A DNA stretch of 64,000 nt from NCBI GenBank assembly GCA_963804955.1, contig CAWDSQ010000025.1:1-64000 (forward strand), written 5' to 3'. The notes under the pieces were generated by a model that was given only the letters and a program-made list of their open reading frames with translations, made no database searches and was not told the DNA's origin. Both the position numbers and the translations under genes were made by a program. Below, piece after piece: positions 21,217-31,344 of the stretch. Within the stretch, counting starts at the first letter, position 1. Each line of letters starts with the position of its first letter. The DNA is from an uncultured delta proteobacterium. Lineage in GTDB: Bacteria > Desulfobacterota > WTBG01 > CAIYCZ01 > CAIRTM01.

Positions 21217-21381
21217 CCTTCTCCTTTCGATAAAATACATCTTAATAAAAATTTTTAGACACCCGGACCGCAACACCTGTCTCGCTGGGGCACAGTCTCC
21301 TTTGCAGCCGGCTGCGCATACTACCCTGCTATCGCCGACAGTACCTGTGGAGACACCATGAGACCCGTTGCCAGGGAAGTC

Positions 21382-21552
21382 TTACACCTCCAGAGGAGCT
21401 TTCATGGGGCAAACCTTCACGCAGGTCTTGCACTCAAGACACAGCTGCGTTTCAACCAGGGCGCGGTCCTTTACGAACTTGATAGCGGTACGAGGGCACA
21501 AATCAACACAACCGCCGCAGCCAACACACTTTTCTCTATCGATTCTTATCAT
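21382..21552 (-). CDS. 2[4Fe-4S] ferredoxin, 56 aa
   Basis: Manual translation MIRIDREKCVGCGGCVDLCP..CLECKTCVKVCPMKAPLEV; GGAGG RBS; below the ORF-track length cutoff. Confidence 0.9.
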   Translation of the reverse strand: MIRIDREKCVGCGGCVDLCPRTAIKFVKDRALVETQLCLECKTCVKVCPMKAPLEV

Positions 21553-22004
21553 GTTTGAGCCTCCTGAATAGACATTAACCCATCAACTCACAAAAACTTC
21601 CAGGCAATGAAATGAATACTCCCTTTCCCGGATAAAAAGCATTGCAACTCAGCATTAAATATTTGGCCGCTAACCTTTTATGGAATTTTGATTTATAACC
21701 GCTTTCAGCTCAAATTGTCAAGCTCTTTAGAGGAAAACAGGTCTTTGCAGGAGAAAACAGCTATAAAACAAGTTTTGAATATGAATTCAAATTCAAAATA
21801 CTGCTAAAAAAACCGTTCGTCAAGTGGAAAATTGTATTTCAGGAAATATTTCATTCGAAAACACACAGTGAGTTCATTTAACGGGGAACTATTCTCGTCA
21901 GGCAGCATCTCTAATAAAGCAATAAAGTCATTCTACGTGAGGAGCCTACTACCCCCTGGTCCGGGAGCAAGAGAATTATTGCCCGTTGCCGGAAAACCAA
22001 AGCC

Positions 22005-23909
22005 TTATCGAACAGTCAAGGTCTTGAGCGCTATAGCAAGAACCCGCGGGTCTGCATTATCGGGGAAATGCGCATCAGGCAGTGAAAACTCCAGAACATT
22101 CTCGCCTGTATGTAAAAGCCTCGGTTTAAATGTACTGCGCACATCGATATCCCACCCCTCAAGTACGTGAGCGCCCAGATCATGATTATTCAGGCGCATG
22201 GCGACAGTCTGCCGCCCCAGAGTGCCAAGCCGCAGTACAAGCTCACCTTCAAAGGCGGCTCTGTTCTGTATTCTGAAAAAAATTTTTGGAAAGTTGCCCA
22301 GCGACCACCTGTGCTGTTCTTCAGCATCAGACCAACTGTAAAAAATAATCTGTGGCGAATCATGGCCTATCTGCTCACCGGGATCAATCATATAGATTTC
22401 ATCCAGCACAGAAGCGCTGTTCATTTTAAAAATCGCCACCCATCTTTTGATCGACCAGAGCTGCGCCCGGGTCATCAAAAAAATCCGTTCAAGCAAAACG
22501 CCCACCCGCGCGTTGCGTATCCGGTTTACGCCGTCTAAAACACTTTCGGCATAGCCTCCCGGCAGCGTTCTTGAAAAATGACCGATTCGCCAGGGCCGCT
22601 GTGCCGGAAGCCGTGCAAGAAACGCATCGGTAAGGGCATCCTTATCAATAATATAAACAGCAGGGCCTGCGTAATACCCCAAAAATCCTATATTGCTGCG
22701 GGTTACCGGCGCACCGCTCCCGGTCTTTTGCAGCGCCCTCCCGTCTTCAGCCCACTGAAAATGAACCTCGAAATCATCTTTTGCCTGTCCGAAAAGACTG
22801 CAGTCTCTGAAGTAAACGGCTCGCTCGTCTGCAATACCGGTGGCGCGTATAAAATCGGAAGCAGTTCCTTTCTGGGGCACTGCATGAACGTTCAAAATGG
22901 CTACAAGGACAAGCGCAGCTACCGGCCCGCCAACTCCTAAAGCTCTCCGCGCAGCAAGCGGCAGCGCAGCGGCTCTGTCTGCGATAATTTTTGAAATTAT
23001 TAAAACAGCCGCAACATAATCAGCCGTTAAAAAACGTGCGGACATAAAATCTCCGCCAATCCAGAGCACATAACAACAGCTCAGGGCTATACCGGCTGCA
23101 AGAAATCTGCCCGGACCTCCGGCAAAAAAACCAGCAGCACTACCTGCGGCCATGACCACAAGCAGCACCGGCTCAGAAATCCAGACATCTGAAAAATACA
23201 CGAAGCCCTGACGCAGATAATCCCCGGCAGGAATGCCCGCCCCGAGTTTTGCATAATAGGTGTTGGGCAGGGGGGCACCATAATATATGGTGGAAAATAC
23301 AAGCCAGGCAATCAGCGGCGTCATGCCAAGTATGAAAAATTTTACAGTGCCGGTTTTTCTTTGCTCCCACAAAAGCCACAGAACCCCGGGCACAATAAGG
23401 AAAAGACTGTCCATGCGATTCAGCAGCATGAGACCTGCAAACAGAAATGATCGACCCGCACGGCCGCGATACGCCTCGGCACAAAATAAAATCAGTAAAA
23501 GATACGACAGTGAATTCTCAAGACCGGACGTGGAAAAGTCCATAAAAGACCGGCTTAAAAGAAGCAGCAGAACGGCAACCACCATCGCGATTTCTTCTTT
23601 TACAAACCTGCAGAGCGCAAAAACCGCAAAAAAGGTGCAGAGAATCCCGGGCACAACAAGAGTCAGAATGGATTTCTTGAGGATGGCATGAGCCGCAATC
23701 AGCAAAAAAAGCCATAGAGGATGGGTAAACACCTGTACCCGCTCAGCCACATTCCAGCGCAACCCATACCCATGCAGCACATTATCGGCGACTCTCAGGC
23801 TGATGTAGGCATCATCACAGACCCAGGCCGTGGGTATCACAACACAGCACACCGTGAAGGCGCACAAAATTGAAATTGAGAGATGCCAGTCGGCTTTCAT
23901 TTTATACAA
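22005..23909 (-). CDS. Multi-pass membrane glycosyltransferase-like protein (GT-C fold, AftB-like N-terminus)
   Basis: CDDAYISLR..GYGLRWN..ERVQVFTHPLW, TSGLEN, PNTYYAK, GGDFMSARF, IGHF. Confidence 0.75.
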   Translation of the reverse strand: MYKMKADWHLSISILCAFTVCCVVIPTAWVCDDAYISLRVADNVLHGYGLRWNVAERVQVFTHPLWLFLLIAAHAILKKSILTLVVPGILCTFFAVFALCRFVKEEIAMVVAVLLLLLSRSFMDFSTSGLENSLSYLLLILFCAEAYRGRAGRSFLFAGLMLLNRMDSLFLIVPGVLWLLWEQRKTGTVKFFILGMTPLIAWLVFSTIYYGAPLPNTYYAKLGAGIPAGDYLRQGFVYFSDVWISEPVLLVVMAAGSAAGFFAGGPGRFLAAGIALSCCYVLWIGGDFMSARFLTADYVAAVLIISKIIADRAAALPLAARRALGVGGPVAALVLVAILNVHAVPQKGTASDFIRATGIADERAVYFRDCSLFGQAKDDFEVHFQWAEDGRALQKTGSGAPVTRSNIGFLGYYAGPAVYIIDKDALTDAFLARLPAQRPWRIGHFSRTLPGGYAESVLDGVNRIRNARVGVLLERIFLMTRAQLWSIKRWVAIFKMNSASVLDEIYMIDPGEQIGHDSPQIIFYSWSDAEEQHRWSLGNFPKIFFRIQNRAAFEGELVLRLGTLGRQTVAMRLNNHDLGAHVLEGWDIDVRSTFKPRLLHTGENVLEFSLPDAHFPDNADPRVLAIALKTLTVR

Positions 23910-23962
23910 TCCGGCAGGGTATCCCAGACAGATCTACCATACGAGGCACAAGCCATTTTGCC

Positions 23963-24412
23963 TCATTTCACTTCAAGGGTTTCAATCTGCCGCACGCCGC
24001 GAGCAATGATATAGCGCTCAACATCAATGCGCACCAGCACGCAGTCAGGCATATCCAGATGGGCACGCAGGTTTTTGTGGCGTTCGAAATGGCGTCTTTT
24101 GCAGTCTTCAAACTCTTCGGGCAGCACCGTCACCGCCCTGCCTATGCAGGTAACTGCGATGCCATTCGTGAAATCAGGATTTTGCGACGAACGGTTGTCA
24201 ACCATGAGAGAAACTTCAGGGTGCTTCAGCATATTGCGGTATTTGCTTGTAAAGCGGGGTGTTGCGATGAGCAGATGCCGCATATCATCCGCTGCCGTAA
24301 CAGCCACGATATTGCAGTACGGGTGGTGGTCGGACTGCGTGGCCAGAATGCCCACAGGCTGTGCTGCAAAAAGGCTGCGCACAATAGTGTTCAGGTTTTC
24401 ATCGATGCTCAT
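23963..24412 (-). CDS. Pyridoxamine 5'-phosphate oxidase-family FMN-binding protein
   Basis: GILAT..HPYCNIV, TPRFTSKYRNMLKHPEVSLMVDNR. Confidence 0.85.
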   Translation of the reverse strand: MSIDENLNTIVRSLFAAQPVGILATQSDHHPYCNIVAVTAADDMRHLLIATPRFTSKYRNMLKHPEVSLMVDNRSSQNPDFTNGIAVTCIGRAVTVLPEEFEDCKRRHFERHKNLRAHLDMPDCVLVRIDVERYIIARGVRQIETLEVK

Positions 24413-24436
24413 ACCGGGATCCTCTGCTGTTCAGGT

Positions 24437-25399
24437 TTACACGTGATTCCTCAATTTCAGTTCAATCGGGTGGGGGTTAAGATAATATTGCCCGCTCAGA
24501 TATGTCTGGCCGTACTTGCGCACATAATGATTGATGAGCGTCACCGGCACTACAAGCGGCACCAGCTCGCGGCGGTAGCTGTCGATGATCTCAAGCAGCT
24601 CCTGCTTTTCATCGGCGGAAAGATCATTTTTAAAATAGCCCATCATATGCTGCAGCACATTTGTGTGCTTCTTTACCGTGGCCTTAAGCGCAAGGGCCTC
24701 CATGAGAAGCTCGTGATACTGCTCGCAGGTTTGTGCTATGCCGGCTGCCTGCGCATGGGCAACAAGAGGCCCCATGAGCCGGTAGTGCCGGTTGCTGTGG
24801 GCCATGATGAGCAGCTTATGCCGCGTATGAAATTCGACAAGGCCGCCCACGGTTTTTTTCTCCTGCATCGCCCGGCGCAGGCGCCGCAGCACGAATATCC
24901 GCTCGATGAAATTTTCCCGCAGCACCGGGTCATGCAGCCGGCCCTCCTCCTCAACCGGCAGCAGCGGAAAATGCTCCATGAAAGCACGGGCAAACATGCC
25001 GACGCCGCTGTGCGTCGGCATGCCACCCGCGGCGCTGTACACCTTCACGCGCTCCATGCCGCTGCTGGGGGACCGGCTCTTAAAGATATACCCGCAAAGG
25101 TCTTCAGCCTCAAGCTCGTGCACGCGCCTGCGCGCCCAGTCTGTCATCCGGCCGGTATAATCTTTTTTTGTTTTAACCGTTAAAAGACGCGGCGCGGCCG
25201 GGTCACCCACCAGCCGCAGCGCTTCGCGGGGTATGCTCATGCCGCATTCCACTTCGGGGCATACGGGCACGTATTCGACATAGGCGCCCAGCGTGCGGAC
25301 AAGAAACTCATCCAGCTTATGTCCGCCGTCGTAGCGCACCATGTTGCCAAGCAGGCAGGAGCTGATGCCGAGCCGTATTTTGCCGCCGAAATCGTTCAT
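24437..25399 (-). CDS. DUF523/DUF1722 (YbbK/YbgA family) protein
   Basis: GISSCLLGNMVRYDGGHK, CPEVECG, KSRSPSSG, EEEGRL, FHTRHKLLIMAH, NVLQHMMGYFK. Confidence 0.9.
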   Translation of the reverse strand: MNDFGGKIRLGISSCLLGNMVRYDGGHKLDEFLVRTLGAYVEYVPVCPEVECGMSIPREALRLVGDPAAPRLLTVKTKKDYTGRMTDWARRRVHELEAEDLCGYIFKSRSPSSGMERVKVYSAAGGMPTHSGVGMFARAFMEHFPLLPVEEEGRLHDPVLRENFIERIFVLRRLRRAMQEKKTVGGLVEFHTRHKLLIMAHSNRHYRLMGPLVAHAQAAGIAQTCEQYHELLMEALALKATVKKHTNVLQHMMGYFKNDLSADEKQELLEIIDSYRRELVPLVVPVTLINHYVRKYGQTYLSGQYYLNPHPIELKLRNHV

Positions 25400-25559
25400 A
25401 ATGCTCACCTCTTCTGTAAGTATCCGGGCTGACCGCATCCCGTTTCCAAGTCTCCGGGACGGAAACTTTTATGGAGCTTTATTTATTATTATTGAAATTT
25501 TTTAATTAATAGCAATACTTATTATATATATGATTATCTAACCTTAAAGGAGGTCTGCC

Positions 25560-26096
25560 ATGAACAATGCAGTAAAATGTGCCTGTATTACCGCAGCATG
25601 CATCCTGATCTCAATTGTTTGCTGGAGCCCGGCTCATGCCGCCCCGCTCAAGGAAGGCGACAAAGCCCCCGACTTCACCCTGAAGCAGCAGGACGGCAAA
25701 GACGTGACCCTGTCAAAAGCATGGGAGAAAAAAATTGTGGTGCTCTATTTCTATCCCATGGATGATACGCCGGGCTGCACAAAAGAGGCCTGCGCTTTTC
25801 GGGATCTCAATCAGGATTTTACAAATGCCGGCGCTGAAATCCTTGGCATCAGCGTCGATGACATGGCCTCCCACAAAAAATTTCAGGAAAAGCACAAACT
25901 CCCCTTTACCCTGCTTGCCGACACCGAGAAAAAAGTCACCGGGCTCTATGATGTCAAAAATTTCATCGGCAAGGCAAAGCGCGTCACCTTCGTGATAGAT
26001 TCAAACGGCATTATAAAAAAAATCTATCCCGATGTGGATGTGAGCACCCACGGTCAGGAAGTGCTGACGTATGTGAAAAGCCTCCAAAAGAAATAG
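25560..26096 (+). CDS. bcp: Peroxiredoxin, BCP/PrxQ type, with signal peptide
   Basis: LYFYPMDDTPGCTKEACAFRD; RVTFVID. Confidence 0.9.
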   Translation: MNNAVKCACITAACILISIVCWSPAHAAPLKEGDKAPDFTLKQQDGKDVTLSKAWEKKIVVLYFYPMDDTPGCTKEACAFRDLNQDFTNAGAEILGISVDDMASHKKFQEKHKLPFTLLADTEKKVTGLYDVKNFIGKAKRVTFVIDSNGIIKKIYPDVDVSTHGQEVLTYVKSLQKK

Positions 26097-26117
26097 CCGG
26101 CGCTGGAGGATCCGGAC

Positions 26118-26753
26118 ATGAAAGCTGCCCGGGCTTTTTTGTCTGCATATGCGCTGCTGGCGGTGCTGCTGCACGGAACTGCCGCAGCGCATGTGCCCTA
26201 TATCGAAAACAGGGACTACACCTTTGAGCAGCCATTCCGCGTCAATGGGTCTGTTGAGAACTCCATCGCCGTCTACGGCTGGCTTGAGAGCGGCAATGAT
26301 ACCGACGTGTACCGCTTGGAAATACCGCGGCCGGCGCGCCTTTACTGCAACGCTCTCGTGCCCGTATGCCCGGCCTACAAGCAGTTCCTGCCCTGGCTGG
26401 CTATTGCCGGTCCCGGGCTTGCAGCGCCCGATGAGCCCCTGCCCTTTGCCCTGCCGCAGGGCTATGGAGCCGTGGTAGTAAAAAACATTGAGCCGGGAGA
26501 GCAGCGGCAGCATTTTTATGAGCCCTTCGGCGGCAAGTCGTATTACACTGCCCCGACATTCGACCAGACCGTTTCACAAACCGGAACATGGCACATGTAT
26601 GTATGGGATCCCTCTGGCCGGGGCGGAGACTATGTTGCTGTTATCGGGTTCAAAGAGCGTTTTTCCCTGCTCGATATTCTTCGCGCTCTCATCAACACCC
26701 CAAAAATCCGCCTTGACCGGGAGCTGCACACCGATTGCAGAAACGCAAACTAA
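26118..26753 (+). CDS. Secreted hypothetical protein
   Basis: Signal peptide ending AAA-HVP; FYEPFGGKSY; GGAGG RBS. Confidence 0.75.
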   Translation: MKAARAFLSAYALLAVLLHGTAAAHVPYIENRDYTFEQPFRVNGSVENSIAVYGWLESGNDTDVYRLEIPRPARLYCNALVPVCPAYKQFLPWLAIAGPGLAAPDEPLPFALPQGYGAVVVKNIEPGEQRQHFYEPFGGKSYYTAPTFDQTVSQTGTWHMYVWDPSGRGGDYVAVIGFKERFSLLDILRALINTPKIRLDRELHTDCRNAN

Positions 26754-26936
26754 CACCTCTGCACAAGCCCGCAGAGCCATGCGCTCCCGTCCGAACAATC
26801 CTCGCATATTTTCTCCGGATTAAGCGCTTGCGATTTTTCATGAGCGGCTATACAATGCTGCGAATTTTTATGTCTCTCTACCTGGGGCACGCGCACCAGC
26901 CATAAGCTTCCATCGAACACATGTGAAGGGAATGTC

Positions 26937-28460
26937 ATGAATAAAAAAACCGGTTTTGACAATGACCTGTATCTCGAAGAGCAGGCCGGCGGGATTCTCA
27001 AGCGTGTCGACATGTTCGACAATAAGCTGTATCTTGAATTCGGCGGCAAGCTTCTGTTTGACTACCATGCGGCGCGCGTTCTGCCCGGCTTTGACCCGAA
27101 TGTCAAAATGAAGCTTCTCCAGAGGCTCAAGGACAGGGCCGATATCGTTCTGTGCATCTATGCCGGAGATATCGAGCGGAAAAAAGTGCGGGCCGATTTC
27201 GGCATCACCTACGACTCCGACGCGCTCAAGCTCATCGACGACCTGAAGGAATGGGGCATCAACATAACGGCCGTTGTCATCACGCGGTTCGACGATCAGC
27301 CTTCGGCGACAATATTCAGAAACAAGCTCGAGCGGCGGGGCGTGCGGGTGTATGTGCACCGCTTCACCAAGGGCTATCCCACGGACATCGACCTCATCGT
27401 CAGCGACCAGGGCTATGGGGCAAACAGCTACATTGAAACCAGCAAACAGCTGGTGGTTATCACCGGCCCGGGGCCGGGCAGCGGCAAGCTCGCCACCTGC
27501 CTCTCACAGCTCTATCACGAGCATAAGCGCGGCCTTGAGGCGGGATACGCAAAATTCGAGACCTTCCCGGTCTGGAACATGCCGCTGAAGCATCCCGTCA
27601 ATATTGCCTATGAGGCGGCCACGGCCGACATCATGGACTTTAATCAGATCGACCCGTTTCACCTTGAAGCCCACGGCAAAACCGCGGTCAACTACAACCG
27701 CGACGTCGAGGTTTTCCCCGTGGTGAAACGGATTCTCGAGCGCATTACCGGCACCGATTCGATATATAAATCCCCGACCGATATGGGCGTAAACCGTATC
27801 GGCTTTGCCATAACCGATGACAGCGTGGTGCAGGAAGCCTCCCGTCAGGAGCTGATCCGCAGGTTCTTCCGGTACAACTGCGAATATGCCATGGGATTCA
27901 CGAACAAGGAAACAGCCCAGCGGGTTGAGCTGCTCATGAATGAGCTCAATGTGAAGCAGGAGGAGCGCACGGTGGTTGCCGCTGCGCGCCAGGCAGCCCA
28001 GGAGGCGATGCAGAAGCAGAAGGGCAATGCGGGCATCTACTGCGGTGCGGCCATAGACCTTGCCGACGGCGGGCCGCCGGTCACGGGATGCAACTCGCCC
28101 CTCATGCATGCGGCATCGAGCCTGATCATCAATGCAATAAAACAACTGGCAGGCATTCCCGACGCCATACATCTGCTGCCGCAGAACATCATGGAATCAA
28201 TCGGCAATTTCAAGATCAATATTTTGAAGGCGAAAACCGCAAGCCTTGATCTGGAAGAGACCCTCATCGCGCTGAGCATCAGCGCCATGACAAACCCGGC
28301 GGCCCAGATGGCCATAGACAAGCTGCCCGAGCTGCGGGACTGCGAACTGCATACGACCCATATTCCCACCCCCGGCGATGAGGCGGGCCTTCGCCGCCTG
28401 GGCATCAATGTGACCAGCGACCCTGACTTTTCGACAAAAAATCTTTTTTTCGTCAAATAG
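26937..28460 (+). CDS. DUF1846 family protein
   Basis: KLYLEFGGKLLFDYHAARVLPGFDPN, GPGSGKLATCLSQLYH, YAKFETFPVWN, SPTDMGVN. Confidence 0.9.
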   Translation: MNKKTGFDNDLYLEEQAGGILKRVDMFDNKLYLEFGGKLLFDYHAARVLPGFDPNVKMKLLQRLKDRADIVLCIYAGDIERKKVRADFGITYDSDALKLIDDLKEWGINITAVVITRFDDQPSATIFRNKLERRGVRVYVHRFTKGYPTDIDLIVSDQGYGANSYIETSKQLVVITGPGPGSGKLATCLSQLYHEHKRGLEAGYAKFETFPVWNMPLKHPVNIAYEAATADIMDFNQIDPFHLEAHGKTAVNYNRDVEVFPVVKRILERITGTDSIYKSPTDMGVNRIGFAITDDSVVQEASRQELIRRFFRYNCEYAMGFTNKETAQRVELLMNELNVKQEERTVVAAARQAAQEAMQKQKGNAGIYCGAAIDLADGGPPVTGCNSPLMHAASSLIINAIKQLAGIPDAIHLLPQNIMESIGNFKINILKAKTASLDLEETLIALSISAMTNPAAQMAIDKLPELRDCELHTTHIPTPGDEAGLRRLGINVTSDPDFSTKNLFFVK

Positions 28461-28625
28461 CCGGATAGAAAGCAGTTCAAGGGCGCGAATCTCGAATCTT
28501 TTCAGGTCGCTTTCGGCAAACGTCGCCGTCGTTGGATCGGACTTCAGGTGTTCAATCCACTGCCGCACGATGGCTTCGGAGCTGTATTGAATGCACTACC
28601 AACCTGTCAAAAATATACGCTGCAT
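28461..28625 (-). pseudogene. Truncated gene fragment (RsbRD-N-like helical N-terminus)
   Basis: RBS and ATG, then disrupted MQRIF..CIQYSSEAIVRQWIEHLKSDPTTATF running into the convergent gene. Confidence 0.35.
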
Positions 28626-28826
28626 ACAATCATCCCCTTTCTCCTCTGGTAATGTCCTGCATTAAAGAGAACTTCAACTTACAAACGTAGCACAAAAGGG
28701 TTCTTTTTCAATTGGGTGAAACCGCCTGCCGTGCGACCTTCCTGCCTCTTCGGCGGGGGCGTCGGTGGCGATGAGAGGGGTGCGTTTCACACCCCCAGAG
28801 CTATGCCTGGAGGCCGGCCGGAAATC

Positions 28827-30986
28827 TTAAGAGCAAGCCGCTGCGCGGGGCTTTGAACGCAGGGAAAGGGCGATACGCTTGCGCTGCATATCCACCTCAA
28901 GCACGGTAACGGTCACCTTCTGATGCAGTTTCACCGCATCGGCGGGGTTTTTCACAAACCTGTCGGCCATCTCGCTGATATGCACCAAACCGTCCTGGTG
29001 CACGCCGATGTCCACAAAAGCGCCGAAGTTGGTGATATTGGTAACGATGCCGGGCAGGCGCATGCCGGGCTGCACATCCTCCATGCGGGCAATGCCATCG
29101 GCGAAGCTGAAGGCCTCAAACTGCTCGCGCGGGTCGCGGCCGGGCCTGGCAAGCTCGGCCATAATGTCCTGAAGGGTCGGCATGCCGACGGTATCGGTTG
29201 CGTATTTTTTCAGATCGATTTTTTTGCGAAGCTTTTCATCCTGCATAAGCTCTGCAACCGAGCAGCCAAGGTCCCGCGCCATGGCCTCAACGACCGGATA
29301 GCTCTCGGGGTGCACGGCGCTTGCATCCAGCGGTTGCGCCCCTCCCCTGACGCGCAGGAAACCGGCAGCCTGCTCAAAAGCCTTGGGCCCAAGACCCGAA
29401 ACCTTCAGCACATCCCTGCGCGCGGCAAACGGGCCATGCTCATTGCGAAACTCCACGATTTTCTGCGCAAGCTTCGGCCCTACGCCCGACACATAGGTCA
29501 AAAGCTGGCGGCTTGCCGTATTGATCTCGACGCCGACCTGGTTCACGCAGCTCATGACGCAGTCGTCGAGCCTGTCCTTCAGGCGCCGCTGATCCACATC
29601 GTGCTGATACTGGCCCACCCCGATTGCTTTGGGGTCGATCTTCACCAGCTCCGCAAGCGGATCCATGAGCCTGCGGCCGATTGATACGGCGCCGCGGACG
29701 GTAAGGTCATAATCGGAAAACTCCTCCCTGGCCGCCTCTGATGCCGAATAGACCGAAGCCCCGCTCTCGCTCACCATGACAACCGAAGGAGAGCCTGCCA
29801 GGTTCAGCCCGCGGACGAAGCTTTCCGTCTCGCGGCCAGCCGTGCCATTGCCCACGGCAATGCAGGCGACGGAAAAACGCTCGCACATATCGCGCAGCTT
29901 GAGGCCGGCCTCCTGCTTTTTGTTCTGCGGCTCATGGGGATAGATGGTGTCATTGTGCAGCAGCTTGCCCTGATTATCAAGGCAGACCACCTTGCAGCCC
30001 GTGCGGAAGCCCGGGTCGATGGCCAGCACCCGCTTCTGCCCGAGGGGAGCGCCCATAAGAAGCTGGCGGAGATTTTCGGCAAATACATTGATGGCCTCCT
30101 GATCGGCCTGCTCTTTGACGTTCAGCCGTATTTCCGTCTCCATGGATGAAGAAAGCAGTCGCTTATAGCAGTCCTGCACCGCCATGCGTACCTGAGCGCC
30201 TGCGGCATTTCCCGCCTTCACAAACAGACTTTCAAGCTCTGCCATGGCTTCGGCCTCATCGGGCAGAATGCGAAATGACAAAAACTCTTCTTTTTCGCCG
30301 CGGCGAATGGCAAGCACGCGGTGCGAGGGAGAGCTTTTCACCGGCTCCTGCCAGGCAAAATAATCACGGAACTTGGCGCCCTCCTCCTCCTTGCCCGCAA
30401 GCACGCTTGAGCTGATGAGCGCCTTATCGGCAAAAAGAGAGCGCATCCGGGCGCGCGCCGCAGGGTCTTCGCTCACCTGTTCGGCTATAATATCGCGGGC
30501 GCCCTGCAAAGCCTGCTCGATAGTCTCAACGCCTTTTTCAGCATCGACAAACTTCTGCGCTTCTGCTTCGATATCGATATCAGCCTGCTCAAAAAGAAGC
30601 TCGGCAAGAGGCCCGAGCCCTTTCTCTTTTGCAATCATGGCGCGCGTGCGGCGCTTGGGCCTGAAGGGCAGATAGATATCCTCGAGCACGGCCATCGTCT
30701 CAGCCGCCGTAATTTTGCCTTTCAGCTCATCGGTGAGCAGGCCGCGCTCATCAAGTGATTTCAGAATCGCCTCGCGCCGGTCGTCAAGCGTGCGCAGCTG
30801 CGCCAGCCTGTCGCGAATGGCGGTAACGGCAACCTCGTCAAGGCTGCCGGTTGCCTCCTTGCGGTAGCGGGAAATAAAGGGAATGGTGGCATCCTCGTCA
30901 AGAAGCCGTGCTGTGGCAAGAACCTGCGCTTCGGCAAGTGAAAGCTCTTTGGCTATTTTTTTTATATGCTGCTGATCAATGGCCAT
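28827..30986 (-). CDS. tex: Tex family RNA-binding transcriptional accessory protein
   Basis: TIPFISRYRKEATG, IDPGFRTGCK, ESGASVYSAS, DPKAIGVGQYQHDV, C-terminal S1 domain FGAFVDIGVHQDGLVHIS. Confidence 0.95.
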   Translation of the reverse strand: MAIDQQHIKKIAKELSLAEAQVLATARLLDEDATIPFISRYRKEATGSLDEVAVTAIRDRLAQLRTLDDRREAILKSLDERGLLTDELKGKITAAETMAVLEDIYLPFRPKRRTRAMIAKEKGLGPLAELLFEQADIDIEAEAQKFVDAEKGVETIEQALQGARDIIAEQVSEDPAARARMRSLFADKALISSSVLAGKEEEGAKFRDYFAWQEPVKSSPSHRVLAIRRGEKEEFLSFRILPDEAEAMAELESLFVKAGNAAGAQVRMAVQDCYKRLLSSSMETEIRLNVKEQADQEAINVFAENLRQLLMGAPLGQKRVLAIDPGFRTGCKVVCLDNQGKLLHNDTIYPHEPQNKKQEAGLKLRDMCERFSVACIAVGNGTAGRETESFVRGLNLAGSPSVVMVSESGASVYSASEAAREEFSDYDLTVRGAVSIGRRLMDPLAELVKIDPKAIGVGQYQHDVDQRRLKDRLDDCVMSCVNQVGVEINTASRQLLTYVSGVGPKLAQKIVEFRNEHGPFAARRDVLKVSGLGPKAFEQAAGFLRVRGGAQPLDASAVHPESYPVVEAMARDLGCSVAELMQDEKLRKKIDLKKYATDTVGMPTLQDIMAELARPGRDPREQFEAFSFADGIARMEDVQPGMRLPGIVTNITNFGAFVDIGVHQDGLVHISEMADRFVKNPADAVKLHQKVTVTVLEVDMQRKRIALSLRSKPRAAACS

Positions 30987-31344
30987 TCGGTAATCTCCGG
31001 TCAATAGAGTAAAAGTCCAGGTGAATCCTGAATATAAAGCCCCACAAAAAATGGGGCTAATAAATTCCTCCTTCAGCCAAGGGCGTTGAGGGAAATTTGT
31101 CAGGCTGCAAAAATCTTCCTGTATCCCCTTTTTCAAAGGAGGATGAAACAGGCATATTTTTTGTATAAACATAAATAGTGCCGCATTGTTTATAGGGCGC
31201 GGTACTGAGTAAAAAACAAAAACCCCGCTTCTTATGCGGGGTTTTTGTGTGCCCGTACTGGCCAAACACCATAGCTGAACAGGCCTTAACCGGCAAGTAA
31301 AATATAGGTTCTGCTTAATCGATCATATGCGGCCAGCCGAATGC

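Noticed and set aside
15239..21552. Selenocysteine recoding as the cause of split ORFs
   Set aside because: The breaks are frame changes, not in-frame TGA at Cys positions
23870..25183. 437-aa plus-strand ORF and similar long antisense ORFs (1732..2757, 5239..6138, 59050..59976)
   Set aside because: Shadows of well-supported opposite-strand genes, with no motifs
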